From: Girardia tigrina
Taxonomy: Eukaryota
Assembly (NCBI GenBank): GCA_001938485.1
Contig: MQRK01183114.1
Coordinates: 1 to 53,073, forward strand
Direction of reading: 5' to 3'
Length of the DNA stretch: 53,073 nucleotides
The stretch's first letter is position 1. The number at the start of each line of letters is the position of its first letter. Made by a program: the position numbers and the translations under genes. Below the pieces are notes generated by a model. It saw only the letters and a program-made list of their open reading frames with translations, was not told the DNA's origin and ran no database searches. Shown piece by piece: positions 11,479 through 23,139 of this stretch.

Positions 11479-11564
11479 GACAATAAAATTTGATTTTAAT
11501 GGCGGCCTTGATTTTAATAAAAAAATTGCCATTCTTTTTTAAAATTTTTATAATTATTATACTT

Positions 11565-11790
11565 AAACAACCAATCGCATGCAATTTCGACTTCCATGAT
11601 TCTGTTCCGGTAATTTTTATGTCAAAGATGCAACACCCTCAGGAGGTATATTGTTGAAAATGTGATTAAAATAATAGAAATTGTTGAGTCCGACGATCAT
11701 GTAACCACTGTTCCGATTGCCTAGAAGATAAACATTTAATAAAAACATTTTAGAATAACTGGAACAAGGCTGAATACAAATGAAACTTCT
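11565..11790 (+). mobile_element. Mariner transposase N-terminal fragment (pseudogene)
   Basis: FCSGNFYVKDATPSG...IVENVIKIIEIVESDDHVTTVPIA*KINI matches the mariner HTH-linker motif F-x-SG-x-FDVKD-x-PRSGRP and the second HTH. Confidence 0.7.
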
Positions 11791-12496
11791 ATAGTGACTA
11801 GTCAGAACCTACCGGAACTTAATTGTGAGCTTCATCTTATTGCGAATTGTCTGGGCATTGCGTAACGAAATGAAAACCTGTCCCAAAATTTACGGCCAAA
11901 AATACCTACTTCAAAAAAGAAAAAAAACTCTTCGCGGCGGGCCTAATAATCTAGGAATATGGAATTCTAAACGGGAAAATATATTTAGTCTTTAAAGATA
12001 GTTATCAATAGAAAATTTAATATTTTGATTTAATTAATACTTAAAGTATATAATTTTGTGTGGAATTAGGTCTGGATCACGGACATCATTTCATCAGGCT
12101 TCTTCGAAAATTGGTAATTATATTCTTTATATGTTTTATTAAAGCCAAAAAAACAAAAGATTAATAGAAAAAATGTTCACAAAAATTAATATTCCCTCGT
12201 TAATAAAATTAAATATTTTGAAAGAATTATTATTAATTTATTAATCGAAAAAAATATTGTGGAAAGTAGTAAAAAACAATGAAAAATTAAGTTATATTTA
12301 GATTTAATTTCAGTTTTAAGAAATTCTCAATGGAAAATTTTTTTTTGTTAATTGCATTTTTTTAATTAAAATATTTCTGAATAGATTGAAAAATATTTAT
12401 TATATATTTTGATCTAATCATCGATATAATATAAAAAAAGAAAAGAATGGATCAGTAATAATATTATTATCTATTAATATTTATATTAATATAATA

Positions 12497-12527
<31 letters not shown>

Positions 12528-12724
12528 TTGTGTCTTGACATCTCAACACTTGACAACACATCATATGACATTTCATCACATCCAACTCCACATATGAATG
12601 ACTGAAAAAGATTAACTTACGGAAAACAAATAATATATATATATATATNNNNNNNNNNNNNNNNNNNNNNNNNNNNNNNNNNNNNNNNNNNNNNNNNNTA
12701 TATATATATATATATATATATTAT

Positions 12725-14410
12725 TTGTTAAACGATTTTTAACCAACCTCTAACCAGATATTCTCGAGTTCCACATAACTGAACATTATCACATAAAATC
12801 ACACGCATCATTAAGCCATTTTGAGTTCCTTCAGCACGTCTCTCCGCATCCGAACTCTGAAATACGGTAGAGATTAGTTTAAAGTTGTTGCAGCTTTAGT
12901 AGCTGAAACAAATGGGACAATTATCTTATCTATTTCAATAGCATCAATATCTGGTCTAATTATTATGCCACATTTTTTCATGCTTCGTAATCCGATAAAC
13001 ATATCTGGAGATATATCTGGCATAATATCAAATACATGCTTGGTTAAAATTGGACAAACATTTACCGATTATTTTACCCTGCCTTGACAACTAACTACCT
13101 GACCATTAGCACATGTTACCTTTGTTTCTGATGGATATGTTTTTATATTTTCTCGCTGAGATAGTTGTTTTGCAAAGTTTTCACTTACAACATTCAAATT
13201 TGCACCTGTATCAAACATAATATTAATCTTACTTTTTCGAACTGAACACTGAACTATCGGCTTATTTGCTAACGGCGGATTTTTTAATAGCGCTTTTTTG
13301 TAAAGTGGACGTTTCGGTTTCGTTGTTGTACCGTTAATGTAAGATACATATTGGTCGATTAGATCCGATTTTTTCAGGGGTTTAGTTTTCGCCATTGAGT
13401 TAATTTGCCTTTCATTATATCTACTTATTTCTGAAATCGAATCTGAATTTTGGCATTCCGATAACTCCGTTTCCTGTAACAACTTAACAGATTTAAGGTT
13501 TGGGCAATTTGTTTTCTTGTGGTTACCACCACATTCGTAGCAAATTATAGCTTTGCAAAAACGTTTGATGTGTCCGACTTTATTACATCTAAAACATTTA
13601 CGTTTGTCGCTCTTCACATTATCGGACAATCGATTATTTATAAGTTTAAATATTTCCTCCTTCAGAAATTTTATTTCTGCATTTAGTTTTTGGTTCTCCT
13701 GAAGTAATTCCGCAATCGATACGCATTTGTTCATTTTATATAATTCATAGTTATTTTCGTCACTATTGTCGCAGTCTTCTTCTTTCACCATCCCGAGAGC
13801 TTCGGATAGTGTTGTCGGTTTGATAATTTTGAAGACTTTAGAGATTCGTTTGTCCAGTAGTCCGTGCTGGAAAATTTTAACTATGGAGTCCTCTGATTTG
13901 ATATTTAGCTTAAACGCTTCCAATTTTACTCTTTGAAAAATCTAGCAATGTTTCTTTTTGATCTTGCATCATTTGCAAGATTGATAACAATTCACCGACA
14001 TTAGATCTTTGCATGTGGAATTTTTTGATCAATTTAGAAGCCAGTGTTTGCGTATTACAGCATTTCCAATCGGATCCAAAATCGCATTGAATTTCTGCAA
14101 TGAGATCTTTGTCAAAATACGAAGAAAACACCTCCATTTTCATATTTTCGTCAAATTTCGCTTCTTCGAATAATGTTAAAAATTCTTTAACATTATTGAC
14201 GTGTTCCGCAGTCAATTTTTCCTTCAGATGAATTTTTTCGAAGATAATCAATGTTTCTTCTATTTTCTTGAATATGATTTCTTCTAAAAACTTCTTCGCA
14301 GTTACATTTGTTGGTAACGCCAGGTTATAGTCTTAAATAAAAAATTAATAAGATGGATTATAAATATTTATTAACAAAAACAATGTTTAAATAGTAATAT
14401 TTAAACAACA
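12725..14410 (-). mobile_element. LTR retrotransposon 5' part: short LTR/PBS, gag with two CCHC knuckles, aspartic protease, -1 frameshift site, start of pol; truncated at a (TA)n run
   Basis: ORFs 14251-13910 and 13923-13069 (one frameshift) contain CFRCNKVGHIKRFC, CYECGGNHKKTNC and IMFDTGA. Reading through one stop at 13069 completes the protease (...DMFIGLRSMKK...TTLN* at 12874). TGGCGTTACC at ~14322-14313 is PBS-like and follows a TGTTG...AATAAA...TAAC segment (14410-14323). Confidence 0.85.
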
Positions 14411-14689
14411 TATAAATTCCTATTTTTTAATAATTTCTATTTTTTATTAATTTTTAATAATTATCATAAATGATAATATAACATGAATTTTCAAAAAATA
14501 TATTGATTTTCTCGAGACGAGTATTTTAATCATTTCCATAAACTACTCGTTTGAAGAAAGCACATTTTTGTATTTTAAAACAAACATTTTCGAGTCGAAC
14601 TGAATAGTTCGATACTCCATCGTGGTACCACAGTTGCACCACAATGAAACACTTATTACAATGCTCTTCTTAACCGGCCGGTTAATTTG

Positions 14690-15290
14690 TCACCCTAACG
14701 CGCTCTGTCAGGCAACTATTTCGAGATGTGGACCCTGTGGACTCCGATCCGATGACATTGTTGAAAATGATGACATTTAAAAAAAAGATTTGTTGATGAT
14801 CAGCATCGTCATTTGAAATTTTATTAAACTGAATGAGAGATAAAGTTCTTTCTTGTATAACCTTCACCCTTTTCAAATTTATATAGTTTGTTCTTTTGTG
14901 ATTACTACCAAATTTATAACAATCGATTAGTCTATAAAATCTCAATTTATCTGTTTTATTGCATTTAACGTTCTTACCTGGTAAGTTCAATAAGTTACAA
15001 TTACAGTAATTGTTTTATTTTATCAAACGTATTAAATTTTTTATATCAACATTTTGAATTTTCGTCAGTCCGATGATTTTAGACGTCGAATGTGGCAGTG
15101 TTATCAAGTTGTTCGTGTTGCAGAAAAAGACGTGCAGTGAAAATTTTTATTTTAAAAGCGTTGATCTTTCAGGTTTTACATTTCCTGTCCAAATTATTCA
15201 TGATTCATTATCCATTCAACTTCTTGATGAAAAAGTTCTTTTCTTCTGAAAAATCAGTTCTTTCAAGTGTGTCTGACCCATAACATTTGC
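14690..15290 (-). mobile_element. Older, more decayed relative of the 12725-14410 gag element
   Basis: CNKTDKLRFYRLIDCYKFGSNHKRTNYINLKRVKVIQE aligns with CNKVGHIKRFCKAIICYECGGNHKKTNCPNLKSVKLLQE. Confidence 0.65.
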
Positions 15291-15559
15291 TTCGAGACAG
15301 TTTATTATATCGTTCTTAATAATTAATTAATTAATTAAATAATATGAATAAAATTATCATAATATATATTATTTAAACAAACTAATTTGGTTCTTAAAAA
15401 AATTAGTTTTACTATTCAAAACCAACATTTTGGTCAATATTGAAATTTTTTAATTATTAATATTTTTTTAATAAAATAATTTTTTGTTAATATTTTCATA
15501 AAAAATCTAATAAAAATAAAATAAAATTTATTTTATTAATACAATTTATATAAATAATA

Positions 15560-17313
15560 CCGTGTTCTTTAGATTATAAGAACTATCTTGATTTTAAGAC
15601 CTAAAATATTCTCTGAAAATTTTTCCTTTAAAAGACCTATCTCGATTATAAGAACAGGAAAAATTGTTAAACTAAATTAGATATCAATACGCAATCGATT
15701 TATAACATAAAATATTGTTAAATATTACATTTTTGACTTTAGTATAATTTAAGTTTAGATTAATCTAAGTTTTACATTTTTTGAAATTTTTTTTAGTTTG
15801 CACCGATACAATGAGTTTAAAAAGAAAGAGTTATTCTGTTGAGTTTAAGAAGGTAATAGTGGAGGAATCTTTGGGGATAATTAATCTTACAGCATTCTGC
15901 AAAGAGAAGAATTTAAATCTCCGCTTAGTCAGATCACAGCATGACATGTTACTTCACAAAAATGGAAGAAAAGAAAGGGAAGCAACAAAAGTGAGGTGCA
16001 GGAAGACGTCCATCCTTTCCAGAGCTTGAAGACATAATTTGTGATTGGATCATTGATAAACGTGCTAACAGCTCGATTGTTAGACGAGGGGATATTCAAC
16101 AGTTTGCTTTAAAAATGGCTTCTTGTCTTGGTATTGCTTCCATTGAGTTCAAGGCATCAGACTGTTGACTGAGTAAATTCATGAAACGATGTGATTTATC
16201 CTTAAGGAGATCTACATCTCTCTTCAAATTGGAAGATTCCGAAATTGTCAAAAGGGCAATTGCATTCAAAAACTATATTATATGATAGATATGTCTAAGT
16301 ACCACCCTTCTAATCTAATTGTAATGGATGAGACAGCAGTTTTTATGAGTCATGGAGGTTTACAGTGAACAGTTGATGCCAAAGGAGCTTCATCAATTTA
16401 CATTCCTTATACTGGATATGAAAGTGCAAGAGTAACATGTATTCTTGCAATTCAACAGGATGGAATAAAAGCAACTCCTTTTTTAATTATAAAAGGCAAG
16501 GAGAAACTTGAGCTTGTCTCAGGAATTTATATACTAGAAACAGAAAAAGCATGGAACACCCAAGCTGCTATCAAAAAGTGGATTGATATAATGCTACCTT
16601 TGGTGTTAAGAGGAAGCCAAAGAGGTCTTATTATTTGGGTTGCAGCCACTACTCATCGCGCAAGGGAGATGAAGAATTTTCTATCTGTAAGAAGAATAGA
16701 TCAAGTTATGATACCAGGTGGTATGACTGGTTATCTTCAAACATTGGATTCGGCAATTAACAAACCTTTTAGGGACAATCTGCATAATGAAATAGATGAT
16801 TATATTGAGCACAGGATGGTGAGGAATGTACGTGGTAATTTTGTAAAACCAAAGTTACATGAAGAAAGTGGCCTGGAGCAAGATCACTGATGCCTGTGTT
16901 GTCCATGCCCCTTGTGCTGGTTATTTAGATAGGTTTTCATCATTTCAAAAGACATTCATTGCCAAGCGTGATAGATTAAGGACATTTATTCTTCAAGAAT
17001 TACAAAAGCAAGAGTCACAAGAGCTTGTCAATAATGCTGCAGCACTAAATCTGAATTAAGATGATATCGAAGAAGACGATACTGGCATCACTATAGATAA
17101 GTAATATGTACTGCTACAAAATATTTGTAGTTATCGAATAAATATATTCTTCTAATTTATGACTAATACTTAATTAATTATCAAAACTTTAGATTTTCAG
17201 GAAACTAACGCATTAATATTAAACCTCTCAAAAATAAGACCTAGTCCAATTTTTGCCATTTTTGCTGCCCAGAATATTAATATAAGACCTGCCTTATAAT
17301 CGAGAGAACTCGG
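15560..17313 (+). mobile_element. Full-length pogo-family DNA transposon with pseudogenised transposase (~15811-17100)
   Basis: TIRs CCGTGTTCTTTAGATTATAAG / CTTATAATCGAGAGAACTCGG, flanked by TA on both sides, with subterminal TAAGAC-like repeats. Fragments MSLKRKSYSVEFK, a CENP-B HTH, MDETAV, and IPGGMTGYLQTLDSAINKPF (DDE_1). Several frameshifts and stops. Confidence 0.92.
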
Positions 17314-18255
17314 TATATATGTATATTTATTTATTATTTTTAAATACAAATTTTTTTTAAATAAATAAATCTCAACAAATATTAACGTTAACAATATTCA
17401 ACTTATTAATTTTACTAGAAATTTTTTGTTTTAATTTTTAAAGTTTTCTAAAAAAATTGTTTTAACGTTTTCTAATAAAAACAATAAATCATAATCGAAT
17501 TTTTGGCAAAGTGATATTTTATTATTAAATCATGTGATACAAATCTTAAAAAAATTTATTTAATAGAGTGCTCTTTTAATTTTATGTCTCCATTTAAACA
17601 AATTAAAGTCAATTTGATTTACTTATATTGCTTTTTTTCAATTAAATTATGCAATATTTTCTTTATGGGAAAAATTAAATTCGAAATTATTTATTATTAT
17701 TTTTTTAGAAAAGTTATATAATTTTTATTTATTTTTCGTTGATTAAATTTTTGGTTTTTTTACTCATTTCTTTTAACTTTTTTTGGGAGGGGGGTGAATA
17801 CAGATTTTAATATTTTTATTTTTGAAAATCACTTTTTTGTCACTTTTCCGCTTTTTCAAGTTTTCTGTTACAGCTGAATATTTTTCAGTCCGTTCAAGAA
17901 TTATATAGAAAAAAACACATGTTTAAGAGTCGTTTGTGGATCCCAAGTAACAATTGAACAAAACTAATAAAACAAATTATAAACTTAATTTCCAGATCAG
18001 GGAGAAAAAGTACAAAAAAAGATTTGTACTTTTCCTATTTTTTGTTTTAATACTACTATTTTATCTAAACAAATCTTACGGATGAAAATTATTATTAATA
18101 TTCGTTTTTTTTCCGTTTAAATGATAAAAAAAATCTGTCAAATAAAAATTGGAAATAAATTTATGAATCTCCAAGCAAAAGAAAACAAACATTTTGTTTG
18201 AATAATCTTTTTTTAATAATATTTCTTTCGGATAATATATTATTTTTCGACTGAC

Positions 18256-18291
<36 letters not shown>
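18256..18291. repeat. (AAT)n microsatellite
   Basis: Seen directly. Confidence 0.9.
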
Positions 18292-19632
18292 TGTTAGGAA
18301 TTAAAAATGTTAGGAAAATTTTTGAAAGAAGGTTATATTAAATATGTACAAATTAAAATTTTTATATAATTAAATATGTAACGTTTGAAAAAAATAAAAT
18401 TACTAAAATTGAGAAGATCAATTAAATTACTAATTTGAAAATTACTAATATTTTGAAAGTTTTAATATAATATAAAAAGTAAAAAAAGTGTAAAATTTTT
18501 ATGTGAAACGATTTTAAAAAAAGTAATAAAATTAAATGAAACGATTAAATATTTTAAAGTGTTATCGTAATTTAAAATTGATTTATAAAAGTAATGAAAA
18601 AATCAAATATGAATATTTATAAGTATTTTTATCTATATCGGTTTAATATTTATAAAAAAATTGTTTTTTAAAAAAAAATAATAAATTTGTTTAAATATTA
18701 GATTTAAACATTTTTTGTGGTATATAAAAGTTTTAATGTCTGCTACTAATAATTCCGACGATGTTCCAAGAACCACTAATAATAATAATAATAATAAAAG
18801 ATATATAATAAATTCGTATTTTTAAAAACGGTGGAATATGTTAAATATATTTTTTTAATCAACAAATACCTTTTTCAACGTTTTATTAAATATAAAACAC
18901 AATCATAAGTATTTTATTGATTTTCTTTTGTGGGACATGTCTCTTTCAGTGGTTGTGAATATCCTATCCTACTTTTTAAAGCCCTATGGATATTAAAAAT
19001 AATTTATGAGAGGTATAAGGTGACGTAAAATAAAATCGATAAAAATTAAAGTAAGATATAAGAAAACGATATGCATTTTTTTTAATTAATATGGGATATA
19101 AAATATTTTAGGGTAAAAATATTTAATGAAATTTTGTAAGAATAGTAAGAATTAATTTCATGTTGATACATATTTTGTATCGAGAGGCCCAAAAAATCTT
19201 AGCTTTTTTATTAATTGAAATGGTATGATTAGTTACAGCTTTTGATTACGCTCCCCGTACTTTTTGAAGTTTAAAAGTAAAAATCGTCAACATCCAGACT
19301 TACTGAGAAATTATTCATTTTTTCTATAATCCCACAAAGTTTTGGTTTCAGTAGGATAACGCCATCAGATGCGACACAAGATGAATTCGATTTCATGTCG
19401 AAGTAGTTTGAAAGATGGATTACTGTCCTAGATTCGAATCCATATTCACAATATCTCAACCCATGCGTTTTTATTCTGTAGGGTTTCTTAGAAAGTAATA
19501 TGTTTAAAAATGCTTTAAGAACTTTTTCTGAGCGTAAAGAAACAATAGCGATTTGTATTTTTGAGGTATTTTGTACAGGATTTGACAATTAACTACGAGA
19601 TTTGGTTACATCAAGTGGCTAAATCTCGTCTC

Positions 19633-19672
19633 TTAACCCTACACTGCACAGTGTGACATTTGAGTCACATTT
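19633..19672 (+). mobile_element. Possible piggyBac-type terminus
   Basis: TTAA-CCCT followed by a subterminal palindrome TGTGAC-ATTTGA-GTCACA. No matching opposite end found. Confidence 0.25.
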
Positions 19673-21822
19673 AAAACATCGATTTAACTGGAAGATAAAT
19701 TATTTATTTACTTGCACAAGATTATAGTTAACAGTTCATATATACTTTATACTATACTTCATTAATTAAAAGAAAGGAACGCAATATACACATTAAAAAC
19801 TAAAAAATCATGGATTATTGATTTTTAAACTATTTTTTGACATTTTATTACATTATAAATTCGTATTATTATATCGGAAGTTTAAAAATTATTTGGTTCC
19901 CTTTTCCAGTAATATTATTCTCTTTTATTTATATATATTTTTGTATTATCCTGATGACCAAATTTTTAAAATGATACTTTCAAAACTCAAGTGCATTTGG
20001 CACGGTGACAAAATTTGAATCTTAAAAAAATTAAATATAATAAAAAAATAAATAATAATAATAATTACAAAATAAATATTAAAATAATATTAAATATAAT
20101 AAATTTATATTAACATAATTTATGAAATATATTTTAAAAAATAAAACAATTATTATTATTATTATTATTTTCAGTGGAAAAAAAATATAATTTAATAAAA
20201 ATTATCGAAAAAAAATATTGTAATATTTTTTTTCTCTATTTAAAAAAATAGATTATATTCGTTTAAACCAAACTCAAATAAATATTAGAATTAAGATTTC
20301 ACAAAGATTTGACAAGCATTTAAACTATAAAATGAATATAATCGTAATTTATTCATGATTTTCATTATTTTTCCAGATAAATTCTTCTCTTCACGAAAAT
20401 GAAAACCCAATTAATATATTGAAAAGCGCCAGTTGTAGTGATGGTGAGTCGAGTTTTATAATGACAAAAATATTATTTATATTATATTTTATATTTTTAT
20501 AGAAAAAAACTATTTTCTTTCTTTCTCTCATATTTTGTTTTTCTCTTTTTCAAGAAGAAAATAATTTAACTTTCATTTAAAGAATAGTTTCATTTGTTTT
20601 ATTTTTTTATTTCAAAAAAAAATAATCCTTCCCACTCAATGAATTGAATCATTTATCACGAATTTAATTGTTTCCAGTTGTGACAATAGAAACCATTGAA
20701 ATTTATTTATCATTTCATCTGACAAAAAAAATTAATACAAATCATGATATTCTCCATATTAAAAAAAATATATAAAATATAAATAATAAATTGAAAATCA
20801 CGTCAGAATTTTATTTATATTTTAATTATATTATATTATATTATTTATTTTTATTTTAGTCGATGAAGATTATGTTTGTTTCAACAGCAATTCGAACTAA
20901 TATCTTTTAAATTTTGTCAAAATCAAGTTCTTTACAAATATTTATATATATATTTATCGTATTCTCGTATTAGTAGTAAAGGCAATCTCTACCTTTCTAG
21001 GTAATTAGCAGAACATTTTTATTCGTTGAATATTAGTGAATAAATAAAAAAAATTCGTCTTTTCACTAAAAAAATATATTTGTTTTGCGTTTTTTTTGTA
21101 AATAATTAAAATAAAAAAAAATATTTGATAAATAAAATTTCGATGATAAAATATAATATATGAAATTGGGAATCTAGTGTGTGATTTTATAATCTTTCCA
21201 ATCATACAGCTAGATAACCAAAGACCATATAATTAATTTAAATAATAATAAATTAATAAAAAATATATATATGTATAAAAAAAAGAACTTACAGCCAGAA
21301 AAAAAAATTTTTTTTGCTACTAAATGGCAGCAGAGCAAGTTATATTAAACGCTAGAAGGAATATAATACCAATAAAATGAGTTTCATAAAACAATACCAA
21401 GATAATATTTTCTATAACTCGGTTGTGATTGGTGGGCAACACAAGACTAGTCAAAAAAAAAGAACTACCCAACAAGCCTGGTGTATTAACAAAAAAAAAT
21501 TATAAAAAAAGAAAAACTAAAATGCGTTCATTTCCCAAATTGTCAACGATAATGTCCTTTGTTCCATGGCATAACTAACCGACATTATGTAGCATATTAA
21601 AATTCAACGTGTACATATTTACTAACACCAGTTCCCACAGAAAAAAAGTTATGACAATGAAATTTTCAGTTGTGGAAGCAACTCACAAACCGTTCGCAAA
21701 CAATCACACAGTTCAAACAATCTACCGCTGTTTGGTTACTTAACTTCCCTATACTCCATATATAATTGCTTTTGTTTGCTAACTAAAATAGAAAATAACA
21801 GTTCACGAAACAACCAATAACG

Positions 21823-21863
21823 ACAACTACAACCACAACAACAACAACAACCACAACAACAAC
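21823..21863. repeat. Imperfect (CAA)n microsatellite
   Basis: Seen directly. Confidence 0.85.
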
Positions 21864-23023
21864 TAAAGTAGCTCAGCAATTTCTGCTTAGTTCATAGAAT
21901 AGTATTATAGATTACTATCTCTGGTGGTGACAATGATAATTTTGTCTCATTTCTCTCGAGAGTAATATTAAACCAACATTAGAACAAATTTTATTAGGTT
22001 AGAATATTAAAAAATTAGTACAAAACATTAACTTAGTTGCTTTATATATTTATTCGTTTTTATATTTTGTTGTATTAAATTGAAAAAAAAATATAATAAT
22101 TATTCGGACACTTAAGACAGACAGACAAAACAAAAATGGAAATTTGAAGAGTTTTGTTGTATTAAATTGAGAAGAAAATAATGTCAAATTGATTGGAAAA
22201 AAGAATTAATAAAATTGTTAATAGAAATGTTAATAAAATATAGTTGTATTTTTAATCATTTACAATTTCCTGAAGTCGCGGGGGGCAGATGGATGATATC
22301 TCGAATCCTCATGAAACAATAATCCTAGACAGAATTCCAAATGAGGTAATTGCTTGTTGTAAGAATGTTGATAGATTGGGAATAATTGCAATCTGTGAAC
22401 TTCCTTATAAAAAAAATTTATAAATAAAATAAATGAATTAATAAAATAATCAACATATATATTAAATAACATTATTAATAAAAAAATTTTTATTAATAAT
22501 GTTATTTTTATTTAATAAATTTTATACCTAACCAAAAACGTGGGGCGGATTTCTGAATCAATAGTATGTTAAAAACATAATATTTTGCTTTTAGAAACTA
22601 GAATAAAATTTTTAAATTTTAGAAGAATTTCGCCTNNNNNNNNNNNNNNNNNNNNNNNNNNNNNNNNNNNNNNNNNNNNNNNNNNNNNNNNNNNNNNNNN
22701 NNNNNNNNNNNNNNNNNNNNNNNNNNNNNNNNNNNNNNNNNNNNNNNNNNNNNNNNNNNNNNNNNNNNNNNNNNNNNNNNNNNNNNNNNNNNNNNNNNNN
22801 NNNNNNNNNNNNNNNNNNNNNNNNNNNNNNNNNNNNNNNNNNNNNNNNNNNNNNNNNNNNNNNNNNNNNNNNNNNNNNNNNNNNNNNNNNNNNNNNNNNN
22901 NNNNNNNNNNNNNNNNNNNNNNNNNNNNNNNNNNNNNNNNNNNNNNNNNNNNNNNNNNNNNNNNNNNNNNNNNNNNNNNNNNNNNNNNNNNNNNNNNNNN
23001 NNNNNNNNNNNNNNNNNNNNNNN

Positions 23024-23139
23024 GTATAAAAAAATTCAGCTCAATTGGATGACTGAAAGTGGTCGAAAAATCAATCGCAAGATTTGTTCCAGACAGACAA
23101 ACAGACAAGAAACCAAGCTAAGAAAAACGTGGTAAAAAA
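23024..23139 (-). mobile_element. HINE/DINE-1-like (Helentron-associated) non-autonomous repeat end
   Basis: Minus strand: T-rich terminus TTTTTACCACGTTTTTCTTAGCTTGG (imperfect hairpin), (TGTC/TGTT)n microsatellite, then CAAATCTTGC...GACCACTT...CCAATTGAGCTGAATTTT. This layout is typical of such repeats. Cut by the gap. Confidence 0.6.

Larger units (their letters stand above)
10763..11518 (+). mobile_element. 5'-truncated Penelope-like element with inverted pLTRs (arms 10955-11099 and 11374-11518) around a GIY-YIG fragment
   Basis: The ~145-bp arms are near-perfect reverse complements. The centre encodes CNATYIG*TSHHL / KRIQEH...FKILCSNFKNYWKRVTCEALLIKSLNPSINVQ. The left arm extends on the minus strand into a decayed ORF start (to ~10763). 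Inverted pLTRs at truncation points are an established Penelope structure. Confidence 0.9.

Noticed and set aside
18930-18956. Minus-strand CACTGAA-AGAGACATGTCC resembling a hammerhead with stem II deleted
   Set aside because: Too short and the core is broken; could be chance.
19271-19588. 105-aa minus-strand ORF followed by a purine-rich GGGGAG tract
   Set aside because: No recognisable motif; possibly TE-derived but cannot be assigned.
22270-22405. Minus-strand STFLQQAITSFGILSRI resembling an integrase-core segment (FG-x-PSR)
   Set aside because: Single short degenerate motif, insufficient for a call.
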